A stretch of DNA of 64,000 nt. Origin: Macrostomum lignano. Lineage: Eukaryota. Under the pieces are notes generated by a model. It did no database searches. It had not been told where the DNA came from and saw only the letters and a list, made by a program, of their open reading frames with translations. Of the stretch, positions 37,221 through 51,600 are shown in pieces (position 1 is the first letter of the stretch; each line of letters opens with the position of its first letter). The stretch covers positions 62,001-126,000 of the forward strand of contig NIVC01001446.1 in assembly GCA_002269645.1 (NCBI GenBank), given 5' to 3'. The position numbers and the translations under genes were made by a program.

Positions 37221-37447
37221 AGTTCCCGCATCACAGGCTAAGCGACAGGGACACGGAAGTAACTTCAATGTAATACAATTCATCACTGGCAGAGAAAAGT
37301 TCATAAATTGCGTCCTTGGCGCAAACAAACAAAAGCAAAATCTGCTTTTTAAGCATTAAATGTATTTACTCTTCTGGAAGAAATGCAACAGAAATAACAC
37401 GGCAGGCAGCTCAGCTAATAATGCCCGTTGTGCTGCGTGAGGGCTTC

Positions 37448-40025
37448 TCAGATTTTCTGCTGGTCAGCCTTTTTAGACTGATGATTTTTATCGAAAGCAT
37501 TCGGCTTGGCTGTTTGGTGATGCTTTTCGGGAGTCTGCTGCTTTGCTGCTTGATGGTGCTGCTTTTGGGGAGTTTTTTGCTTTGCTGCTTGATGGTGCTG
37601 CTTTTCTGGAGTCTGCTGCTTTGCTGCTTGATGGTGCTGCTTTTCTGGAGTCTGCTGCTTTGCTGCTTGATGGTGCTGCTTTTCTGGAGTCTGCTGCTTT
37701 GCTGCTTGATGGTGCTGCTTTTCTGGAGTCTGCTGCTTTGCTGCTGGCTCGTGCTCTTTCTTGCCTTGACGATGCCTCGGCGAAGGCTGATCCCTGTGCT
37801 TCGCGGCGTCTCTGTCTGACTTTTGCTGACTCTGATGTCCGTGCTGCTTTTGATGCTTCTGCCCTGGATTGGCCTGCTTCTTCTTGTGCTTATGGGACGG
37901 GCTTGACGAGTCAGTGGACCCAACTTTCACGCCTTTGGTCGGGCTTGACGGGATGCTGTCGCTGGTTTTGTTGGACTTGATCTCTGCGTCCTTAGCGGCT
38001 CTGTGCGCCTTGCCGTCCGCTGGGTGCCGCGCTACCGCGGCCTTGAATGCCATCACCCGGGAGCTCATCTTGCCTCTCGCGGCGTTAGCGGGCTGAAAAT
38101 GGCAGTACAAAGGCCGTCGTGAGACAGCGCGTTTTTTAGTTTCTGGATCGATATGTAGATGCTTAAAGTTCAAGTACGACTTACAACGCTTCATTCACAG
38201 AACTCTACGAGATTATATCAAAAGAAGTCGATGACGCACTGTCACGACTTGTCGCCGGACTGACTTTAAAGAACAAAAAAGCAAAAGCCTTTTCACCTGC
38301 TTGCTGGCTGTCTTTGGCCGAAAGTTCATCAGACCGTCGCGAACCCGGCTAAACACTTCGGACACGGTGCCTGTACCGTCCACCTGAAGGTGCGATGAAA
38401 TTTATGAGGGCCGTTCCAACACCAAAGACCAACCCCCAAAGCACGGAGAGTGTAAGATTCGCGTTAAATTCTTTCACATTACTTAATAATAACAATAGTA
38501 ATAATAACAATAATAATAATTGATTACACCTGCCCAATTTGGGCCAGATGTGCAACCGACAGCTCAGCCGCAGCTATTGCGCGGCGCATCTGAAGGCTGC
38601 GTACGGCTGTTCCGTCCAAGGACTGGGGACTGGGGGTCGCCACACACCCTCAATTACCCCAGCTAATGCTGGCACCCATTTTACAGCTGGGTGAACTGAA
38701 GCAATGCAGAGTTAAGTGTCTTGCTTAAGGACACAAATTGTTTCAGTGAGAACGGGAATCGAACCCCCAACCTTCAAGTGGTGAGTCCGACGCTCTAACC
38801 ACTAGGCTACAACCCCCAAGTACCTGTTGGTAGGCACAGAGTCGAGGAGTATTGAATGCAGCAAGCCTGAAGAACTCACCCGAACCAGCTTGCCCTGCCT
38901 CTCGAAGTACTTCACCACCGACAGGGTCTTCTCTCTGAAAGTCTTGATCTTTTTCTGAATAACTTCCTCTTGATCGGTCCGCCTGCCGCGCCGCATCAGC
39001 CGCTGCCACATGACATCTTCGGGCACGTCGAGGAACACGACCACCCGGCAGGGCACCAGCATCATCTCGAAGGCCATGGCCTGCTCCCGGTCCTTCGGGC
39101 AGCCGTTGATGAGGAAGCCGGGGCTGTCTAGCAGGCGGGCTCGCATCGCGTTGCCTAGCAACCGGAGGACATCGGCCACGGGCACCAGGTCGTTATTGAG
39201 CATAGTCCTCCGGAGCCGGTAGGCCGAGCCGGCGCCCAGGGCGATCTCGGTGCGAAGCAGTTCGCCGGTGGACAGGTGCGTCAGGCCGTAGGTGGACACC
39301 AGCCTCTCGCACTGGGTGGCCTTGCCGCTGCCCGGGCCTCCTGGACGCCAGTCAGGGAATTGGTACATGGGAAATTGCTCAGTGGGGAATAGCTTAATGG
39401 GGAATTTCTGAATGGGGAATTGGTCAATGGGGAATCGTTCAACGGGGAATTGCTCAGTGGGGAATTGCTCAGTGGGGAATTGCTTAATGGGGAATTTCTC
39501 AATGGGGAATTTCTGAGTGGGGAATTTCTCAGTGGGGAATTGCTTAATGGGGAATTGCTTAATGGGGAATTTCTCAACGGGGCATTGCTCAACGGGGAAT
39601 TGCTCAACGGGGAATTGCTCAGTGGGGAATTGCTTAATGGGGAATTGCTTAATGGGGAATTGCTTAATGGGGAATTTCTCAACGGGGCATTGCTCAACGG
39701 GGAATTGCTCAACGGGGAATTGCTCAACGGGGAATTGCTCAGTGGGGAATTGCTTAATGGGGAATTGCTTAATGGGGAATTTCTGAGTGGGGTATTTCTC
39801 AGTGGGGAATTGATTGATGGGGAATTGCTCAACGGGGAATTGCTCAGTGGGGAATTGCTCAGTGGGGAATTGCTATTAAACATCAATGATTAATTCTCAC
39901 CCATTATGAAAATCACTCTGGCAGATTTAAGGTCACCGTCTGAAAAAATTGATTTAGTACATTAGTTTCTTTTGCTTCGTCACTTCAAAAAAGTTCAAAC
40001 AAATTAATCACTCACTTTCCGCCAT
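37448..40025 (-). CDS. Divergent adenylate kinase 1-like paralog with degenerate catalytic motifs and a ~214-aa basic C-terminal tail
   Basis: Exons 40025-40016 (ATG GCG GAA A), 39939-39901, 39340-38880, 38383-38297, 38092-37448 (phases 1, 1, 0, 0). LKSARVIFIMGGPGSGKAT, HLSTGELLR, GFLINGCPK, VDGTGTVSEVF; tail with AAKQQTPEKQHHQ repeats. Confidence 0.85.
38484..38817 (-). mobile_element. Full-length tRNA-derived CORE-like SINE (family B) in an intron of the AK paralog
   Basis: Reverse complement: A-box TAGCCTAGTGG, B-box GGTTCGATTCC, then GTGTCCTTAAGCAAGACACTTAAC...CAGTT..CAGCTGTAAAATGGG, which resembles the MIR/CORE consensus GTGACCTTGGGCAAGTCACTTAAC...CAGTTTCCTCATCTGTAAAATGGG; ends in (ATT)n. 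Confidence 0.8.
39370..39872. repeat. 15-bp minisatellite (GGGGAATTGCTCAGT-type)
   Basis: Direct reading; intronic. Confidence 0.95.
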
Positions 40026-40189
40026 AGCAACTGAGCTTTGAGCAACGTTGGCTCGCTAGCCAACGCAAGCAGGCGAAAAAAGATTGGCTGGAGCTTGACG
40101 TGGCCACACCTGAAATCAATGCGATGCGATGTCACGGCCAGCTCTGCAAACCTGACACTTTGGGAACTTCTTAACCTAAAATTTTAACA

Positions 40190-40685
40190 CTAAACCTGAA
40201 CCCAAAGCTTCAACTCTAAATCTTTAACCCTAAACCTTTAACCTTAAGCATTTAACCCGGAACCTTTAAACTTTAACCCAAAGCTTAACACCTAAACCTG
40301 AACCCTAAACCTGAACCCTAACTTCCTAAACCTGAGCCCTAAACCTGAACCCTAAACCTGAACCCTAAACCTGAACCCTAAACCTAAACCCTAAACCTTA
40401 ACTCTAAACATGAACTCTAAAACCTGAACACTAAATCTTGTCCCTAAACCTGAACCCCAAAACCTGGCTCTTAAACCTGGTCCCTATTATCCCTAAACCT
40501 GAACTCTAAACCCGGTCGCTAAAATATGAAAATCCCTGAACATCCCTAAACCGGAACCCTAAACCTGAACCCTAAACCTGGTCCTTAAACCTGAACCCTA
40601 AACCTGAACCCTAAACCTGGTCCTTAAACCTGAACCCTAAACCTGAACCCTAAACCTGGTCCATATACCTAAACCCTAAACCTGC
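40190..40685. repeat. Degenerate telomere-like 13-bp repeat (CCCTAAACCTGAA)
   Basis: Many CCCTAA hexamers within 13-bp units, between the two AK genes. Confidence 0.8.
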
Positions 40686-41283
40686 ACCCTCAACAAGGTG
40701 CAAAACCAAGAACTTCTGAACATCGAAGGCGGGCAAACAAATCGTTTTCAGATACCGCAATGCCAGCGACTTGTGCACTCACCGCGGGCCGCAGGGCCAG
40801 ACGCTTCAGGTCATGACACCCTCTGATGACCTTTTCTGTTTGAAGGACTGCGAACCGACAGTATTCCCACAGTTTGAGCACAGCTGCTAACGATAATAGT
40901 CTGGTGTTTATTTATTCAACAGACATTTAAGGTTTTTTTGGCTGATTGGGACATAGACAAAAGGACTTTGCTGCATTAAAACAAGACTTCTTTTAATAGA
41001 CTTCTCAGTCAGTCTTTCTAGCAGACACAACCTACATAAACCATGATTTATACTACTTACAAAGTAAGTAGTGTTAAATGGGACTCCTTATACACTTAAC
41101 CCCTGATGCAAAAACTAACAAGTTTTAAAGTCATCAAAGCACAGATTGCCAGTATAAACGGAAAATTATCGAGTATTTAAGTCGAGTTTATTCTTTTTTG
41201 GTTAGTTCATCAAGTTTTCACATTTGGCTTCATAAGTCAACTCGAGCCTAAGTGGAACTCGACTTTTGGACTTGTTTGTTCCA

Positions 41284-43765
<2,482 letters not shown>

Positions 43766-44097
43766 TCAATGGTTTCTTAGACTTTTTTTAAGCCTGAAAT
43801 GACCGCAACGCTACTGACCGAAGCATATAAAATTATGGCCTCCGACGATATTATGAACTGCGTGCAAAAAGCAGCTAACGATGTTTATCCAGTCGACGCG
43901 GGCGACATTCGGACTCAAAATAATTTTGCACAGTTTCAGTCATAGACAAAGAAGTTCCAAATTTAATCGTTTGGAAACTACTCTTGCCACTTGCATATCG
44001 CAGCTTATACTGGAATAGAATCGTATTTTTTTGCCCTGATGGTCTGCTTTAAAATTAGCAGTTTGTCTGGTTAGACTTGGATCTCCTAGTGCTTGCT

Positions 44098-44640
44098 GTT
44101 TGATCATTTGGTTATTTGCTCGGTCATTTTTCTCGGTCATTTTCTCGGTCATTTGCTCGGTCATTTGCTCGGTCATTTTTCTCGGTCATTTGCTCGGTCA
44201 TTTTTCTCGGTCATTTGCTCGGTCATTTGCTCGGTCATTTGCTCGGTCATTTTTCTCGGTCATTTGCTCGGTCATTTGCTCGGTCATTTGCTCGATCATT
44301 TGCTCGGTCATTTGCTCGGTCATTTGCTCGGTCATTTGCTCGATCATTTGCTCGGTCATTTGCTCGGTCATTTGCTCGGTCATTTGCTCGATCATTTGCT
44401 CGGTCATTTGCTCGGTCATTTGCTCGGTCATTTGCTCGGTCATTTGCTCGATCATTTGCTCGGTCATTTGCTCGGTCATTTGCTCGGTCATTTGCTCGGT
44501 CATTTGCTCGGTCATTTGCTCGGTCATTTTTCTCGGTCATTTGCTCGGTCATTTGCTCGGTCATTTGCTCGGTCATTTGCTCGTTCATTTGCTCAAGTTA
44601 TTTGTTCGGTCATTTGTTCGGCCATTTGTTCGGTCATTTG
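44098..44640. repeat. 12-bp minisatellite (GGTCATTTGCTC)
   Basis: Direct reading. Confidence 0.97.
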
Positions 44641-45229
44641 ATCAACGGAACAACTCTGAACAACATCTTGGACTGCCCGCGACGTAGAGCTACAAGAGGC
44701 TGCACAACACACGCGGAGACCGACAGAGTGATTGTCTGACTGCCGCACAAAACTTGTTTAGTCACGGTGAATGCATTTCTAATTCAAACTTACTACTGAA
44801 CTGAAAGTAGCTTATACGCAAATGTGCTGACTGGTCCATTTAGTTATTCTATTGCAATAGTATCTCTGCGGCTAGGTCAAAGCCCCACCCAACTCCCTCC
44901 CATGAAAGTCAATGTACACACACGATCGATATTCATCTGCACACTCTCTCTCCCCCTAAATGTACATATATAGACTCTAAATGTACACTGAATTGCCCCC
45001 AGGCATCAACCCCACGCCTCAATCCATACGTTTTTAAAATAAGAACGACGGGACTTCAAGCAGCCAAAACTGAGGCAGGTCTGCTGAACTGATCGCTTTT
45101 TTACAAGCTCGAAACATCACGATTTTTGTGAAACGAAATAAACAACCGATAAGCAATGCCAGGGTAACTCAATTAGACTTGCCTATGGAATATGCAACCA
45201 AGTAAAGCGGAACAATTGACTGTCGGCGA

Positions 45230-45485
45230 TTTAGGTTAGGGTTTAGGCTAGGGTTTAGGTAGGGTTCGGGTTAGGGTTTAGGTTAGGGTTTAGGCTAGGG
45301 TTTAGGTAGGGTTCGGGTTAGGGTTTAGGTTAGGGGTTTTGGTAGAGATTAGATGAGAGTTTAGATTGGGGTTCAGGAATTAACGATAGGATTTAGAGTT
45401 GGCTTCAGGCATTGGAGTTTAGGATAGGGTTTACGTTAGGTTAGGATTAGGGTTTAGGTTAGCGTTTAGGTTAGGTTATTAGGTC
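45230..45485. repeat. Degenerate telomere-like (TTAGGG/TTTAGG) tract
   Basis: Direct reading; flanked by a short inverted pair CAATTGACTG (~45213) / CAGTCAATT (~45495). Confidence 0.75.
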
Positions 45486-45674
45486 CGGCATTGGCAGTCA
45501 ATTCGATGCAGTCAAATTGTTGACAGTGAATTGTCGTAGACCCAATTAAGACCATACAATTATTACGAGCTATAATCTTGAAGATTATAAATAAAAAAAA
45601 ACAAATTAAACTGACTGCCTTTATTCCAGAAGGCTAAAAAGCGCTTGACATGGAGAAGCTGGTTCGATAATCCA

Positions 45675-48600
45675 TCATGCTTGAAAAACTCTTTTAACTG
45701 ATGTCGGCCGCCAAATCTGATGCTGCTGCCTGGCCGTCAGGTTGTTCGTCAGCGAACCCGGGTCAAGGTAGGCCAGACTGCCCGGCTCCGGCTGGAACAG
45801 GAGCCCCGGCGGCGGCGGCGGTGGCGGTGGCGTTGGCACAGGGAACAGCGGCCCGGTGGCTTCCAGCTGCAGCAGGGGTACAGCAGTCGTCTGCTGGAGC
45901 CGACGTAGCGACTGTGTGGCCGTCAGCGGCATTGACGACGGCGACTGTCGCCAGAGCTTCGTCTCGGACAGCAGCCGGACGGATCCGTTGGCCGGCTCGG
46001 ATGTCGGGGTGCCGCAGGCGGCGTCGTCGCGCTGTCCCTGCTCCTGACGCCTTCGGTGACGGCGAATCCGACGAATGTGGCAGACTAGGCTCAGCAGGAC
46101 AGCGACAATAATGATGCCGCCCAGCGTCCCTAGGATGACAGCGTGGTGGCCTTCATCGCCTTTGCCTGTTGGCTTCTCAGTGGAGTCCCTTTCGGTTGAG
46201 GCGGACGCTGCGTTGAGTTGGAGGCGGGGCAGAGAATTGAGGCGGAGATCGGCAGTTACAGGATTGGAACTTAGTGTGAAATGGCTTGTATGGGGGGTTA
46301 TTGGTTGAGCCTTCTGCTGGCTAGACGCTGGGTATCTCAGAATGTCTGAGCTGGTTAGACGCTGGGTATCTCAGAATGTCTGAGCTGGTTAGATGCTGGG
46401 TTTCTCAGAATGTCTGAGCTGGTTAGATGCAGGGTTTCTCAGAATGTCTGAGCTGGCTAGATGCAGGGTATCTCAGAATGTCTGAGCTAGCTAGATGCAG
46501 GGTTTCTCAGAATGTCTGAGCTGGCTAGATGCAGGGTTTCTCAGAATGTCTGAGCTGGTTAGATGCAGGGTATCTCAGAATGTCTGAGCTGGCCGGGATG
46601 CATGGTTTCTGGAATTCCAGACATTATCTGCTACCTGAATGGCATTGAAAAGTACAAGTAGATTTCAGATCGCTCCGAAAATTCGTTATTGCACCGTTAT
46701 TTTTCGAACTGAGCCAATCCGAGATGCACATGAATTTTTTGACCCTTTCCCTGCGCCATGTTGTACTTTTGCGGCAACTATTACAGCGGAACTCTATGAT
46801 CTGAGAAAGTCCTGGAACTTAATGAACAGTGACATTATGAGAGGCCATCCGACGCTCTTGTATAGAATGTTCTCCTCTGCTACCTTGGCTCCCATCTTAT
46901 TCCATACTGTTTGAAGGGCTTCTGTGACCCATTGTGACCTCCGGGTGGGGCTTTTAGAGCTCAGATGTGAAACCCATTTGGCTCCCACGCGGCGCAAGCC
47001 CAGAATCCCAAATCCCAACGAAGGCTACAAATGTCTGTATCAGTCTGCGGCATCTTCTAGACATTTTTGCCTTTTCCCATCCTCAGCGTCCCCACGCATT
47101 AGCAGAATATTCAAGCCGGACTCTGGGCATTCTGTCATAAATTCGGTCAGCAGAGAACTGAGCATCGGAGAAGGTCTAGCATGCATTTTTCTAAGAAATT
47201 AAATTCGGTCTAGCATGCATTTTTCTAAGAAATTAAATTCGGTCTAGCATGCATTTTTCTAAGAAATTAAATTCGGTCTAGCATGCATTTTTCTAAGAAA
47301 TTAAATTCGGTCTAGCATGCATTTTTCTAAGAAATTAAATTCGGTCTAGCATGCATTTTTCTAAGAAATTAAATTCGGTCTAGCATGCATTTTTCTAAGA
47401 AATTAAATTCGGTCTAGCATGCATTTTTCTAAGAAATTAAATTCGGTCTAGGATGCATTTTTCTAAGAAATTAAATTCGGTCTAGCATGCATTTTTCTAA
47501 GAAATTAAATTCGGTCTAGCATGCATTTTTCTAAGAAATTAAATTCGGTCTAGCATGCATTTTTCTAAGAAATTAAATTCGGTCTAGCATGCATTTTTCT
47601 AAGAAATTAAATTCGGTCTAGGATGCATTTTTCTAAGAAATTAAATTCAGAAATTCAACGGTTTGAGAAAAAAAGTTCAACTGGAGCAGACGATTAACAG
47701 ACATTGAAAACTATTCTCTCCCTGACTGCGTTTTCAGTCCGGCCTAAGATGTACTTCAAGCAATTCCTCGTACTTTTAGTCTTTGCGTACTTTCTCTCTA
47801 TTGGGGACATCTCCCTCCAACCAGCAACCACCCCACCCTCGTTCCAGCCACCCCACCCTCGTTCCAGCCACCCCACCCTCATTCCGGCCTCCTCACCCTC
47901 TTCCTCCAAACAGCAGCCACCCCACCGCCTATCCTACAATCAGCAGCCACCCCACCGCCTTTCCTACAATCAGCAGCCACCCCACCACCCCATCCTACAA
48001 TCAGCAGCCACCCCACCACCACCGCCTTTCCTACAATCAGCAGCCACCCCACCACCCCATCCTACAACCGGCAGCCATCCCAATACCCAAGTTGGCTTAA
48101 AGCCACTCGCTTAAAAAGAGACCCTTCAAAAACCAGTAAGGCAATTCAATATAAAATGTCTCCGCCAAGTCTCTCACGGGCGTCGCCAACGGCGCCCCGG
48201 CCAGGACAGTCGCTTCCTTCGTCCTCGACGTCCGGACAATTCGCGTAGCCGTTGCACCGCAGTCTCGAGTCGATGCAGCGACCTGCGCCGCAGTCGAATT
48301 CCGTGTCGGACTGGCAGGGACCTGGGGGGGGGGAGCAAAGTGTGCCTGTTAAACTGGCCTGTAAACATCTGCCTTTCAGAGCATTTGATCCCCAAACATC
48401 TTGAAGCCAACAGCCCTCAAGTAGCTTCAATTCTCCAGTCCCTTCACAAGTGACACAAGTCGATTTACATGTGACACAAGTCCTTTCACATGTGACACAA
48501 GTCCCTTCACAAGTGACACAAGTCGATTTACATGTGACACAAGTCCTTTCACATGTGACACAAGTCCTTTCACATGTGACACAAGTCCTTTCACATGTGA

Positions 48601-51600
48601 CACAAGTCCTTTACACGTGACACAAGTCCCTTCAAATGTGGCACAAGTTCCTTCACATGTGATACAAGTTCCTTCACATGTGACACAAGTTCCTTCACAT
48701 GTGACACAAGTCTTTTCACATGTGACACAAGTCCTTTACACGTGACACAAGTCCCTTCAAATGTGGCACAAGTTCCTTCACATGTGACACAAGTTCCTTC
48801 ACATGTGACACAAGTTCCTTCACATGTGACACAAGTTCCTTCACATGTGACACAACCAGTCGGATTCTAAACGGGAATGCATTTTTTAACAAAAATCCAA
48901 TTTCGTGCCGCCAGCTGCCCTATAGTAACCATTTATTGGATTTGTATTCAGTTTTTCGCACCCGCCATTTAAAGTTGACTCAGAAGATTCAGGCAGAAGA
49001 CCCTGGCGCTCGCCAACCAACCGGCAGATACTTCGTTAAACATCGCAAAGGCTTGTGTTTGCACTTGCATCCCCCCATCCTAACACGGGAGCCCGGGACC
49101 TGGGATGGAAGGTAAACAGCTGCAGGTTTTGGTTTGGTCAAAGAGAGCCAAACATTGATCCACGCGATGAAGGATCCGGGAGGGGAGGTTCAGGCCTGGC
49201 TTCTTTCTGGTGGCGCGAAGCCGGCTGTGAAGTTTTGGTTTGGTTTGGACTGAACTTTCTTTTGCCGGACTGTCCGCTTGGAAATTTGATGGTGGTGGTG
49301 GGGGGACGGCAGCCTTCCCCCCCCCCAACTGTCTGCTGCTTTGTCTGGGCCAGCTGATGCGGCGGCCGATAGCCGGGTTTGTAAGTTTTAATTGTTGATT
49401 GTAAATGTCAACATTTTCACTTCCCCGTTTCTATCTCCTGATTTTTCATTCTCCCTTTTCGATTCCCCTTTTCAGCTTGCCTCTAATCCCCGTTTCCGAT
49501 TATCCGATACCCATTTCTAATTCCCAAACCCCCATTTCCAATTCCCCAATTCCAATTTCTAACTGCCAAATCCCCTTTCCGATTCCCCGATTCCCATTCT
49601 AATCCCTCAATACATATTTCCAATTCCCATTTATAATTCATCAATCCCAATTTCCGATTCCCCAATCCCATTTATAATTTCCCAATCCCAATTTCCAATT
49701 CCCTAATCCCATTTATAATTCCCCAATCCCAATTTCCAATTTCCTAATCCCAATTTCCAATTCCCCAATCCCAATTTCCAGTTCCCCATCTCCATTTCAA
49801 ATTCCCCACTTCCCATTTCTAATTCCTCAATCCCAATTTCCGATTCCCAATCCCCAATTCTAATTCCCCAATTCCCATTTCTAATTCCTCAATCCCAATT
49901 TCCGATTCCCCAATCCCATTTCCAATTCCCCAATCCCATTTCCAATTCCCCAATCCCATTTCCAATTCCCCAATCCCATTTCCAATTCCCCAATCCCATT
50001 TCCAATTCCCCAATCCCATTTCCAATTCCCCAATCCCATTTCCAATTGCCCAATCCCCAATTCTAATTCCCAATCCTCAAGCTCACCGATCCGCACAGCC
50101 GTGACGGCCAGCTGCAGCAGGGGCAGGTGTTCCAGATTCTTGGCAGTCAGCCGCACAACCAGGCGCCGAGTGGCAGCCATGAGAGTCCAGTCAGCCAGAT
50201 TGTCGCACACGGGCTGGAAGTCCTTGCGCTGCCTGTCGGCCGCTGTGAAGCCATCGTACACGGAGATCGAGTTGGCGTGGCACTGGCCTTCGCGAAGGAA
50301 CTGCGCGGTTGCTATGGAAACCAGCAGCTGAAGGCGAAAACGCACGACTGTATGATGAGAGCATTGAATGAGATTGTAGCCATAAATTGAAAAAATGATC
50401 CCAGGTAACAGAACCTGATGAGCAAGACTGCATGAGAACAGAACCTCATGAGCAAGACTACATGAGAACAGAACCTCATGAGCAAGACTGCATGAGAACA
50501 GAACCTCATAAGCAAGACTGCATGAGAACAGAACCTCATGAGCAAGACTGCATGAGAACAGAACCTCATGAACAAGATTGCATGAGAACAGAACCTCATG
50601 AGCAAGACTGCATGAGAACAGAACCTCATAAGCAAGACTCTCATCTCACCTTGGTGTCCTCACGCAGAGCCGAAAAATCCGCAGTGCACTCGACCGCAGC
50701 GTCCTTCTGGGCGCTGGGTGCCAGAATTGACCCGAACTGCTTGCTGGTGAGCAGCTGCTGCCTGCCCGAGTGAATTCTGTACCTCAGCTGGCACTCTGTG
50801 GAGGATGCGCGAGATTCCTTTCAGTTTGTTTTTCAATTTTTCCATTGTTAAAATCCCATTTAGATTGCTAGCATTCCATTCTGGCTGTTCAGATCCCATT
50901 CTGGCTGTTCAGATCCCATTCAGGCTGTTCAGATCCCATTCAGGCTGTTCAGATCCCATTCTGGCTGTTCAGATCCCACTCTGACAGTTCAGATCCCACT
51001 CTGACAGTTCAGATCCCACTGTGAGAGTTCAGATCCCACTGTGACAGTTCAGATCCCACTCTGACAGTTCAGATCCCACTGTGAGAGTTCAGATCCCATT
51101 CTGACAGTTCAGATCCCACTCTGACAGTTCAGATCCCATTCTGAGAGTTCAGATCCCATTCAGGCTGTTCAGATCCCATTCTGGCTGTTCAGATCCCACT
51201 CTGACAGTTCAGATCCCATTCTGAGAGTTCAGATCCCATTCAGGCTGTTCAGATCCCATTCTGGCTGTTCAGATCCCACTCTGACAGTTCAGATCCCACT
51301 CTGACAGTTCAGATCCCACTCTGACAGTTCAGATCCCACTGTGAGAGTTCAGATCCCACTCTGACAGTTCAGATCCCACTCTGACAGTTCAGATCCCACT
51401 GTGAGAGTTCAGATCCCACTGTGACAGTTCAGATCCCACTCTGACAGTTCAGATCCCACTGTGAGAGTTCAGATCCCACTGTGAGAGTTCAGATCCCACT
51501 GTGACAGTTCAGATCCCACTCTGACAGTTCAGATCCCACTGTGAGAGTTCAGATCCCACTCTGACAGTTCAGATCCCATTCTGACAGTTCAGATCCCACT

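Noticed and set aside
37475-40860. Hammerhead ribozymes at CTGATGA sites (~37478, ~40823)
   Set aside because: No properly closed stem II followed by GAAA, and no matching stems I/III with an NUH site.
45230-45485. True telomere or chromosome end
   Set aside because: The tract is short, highly degenerate and flanked by genes on both sides.
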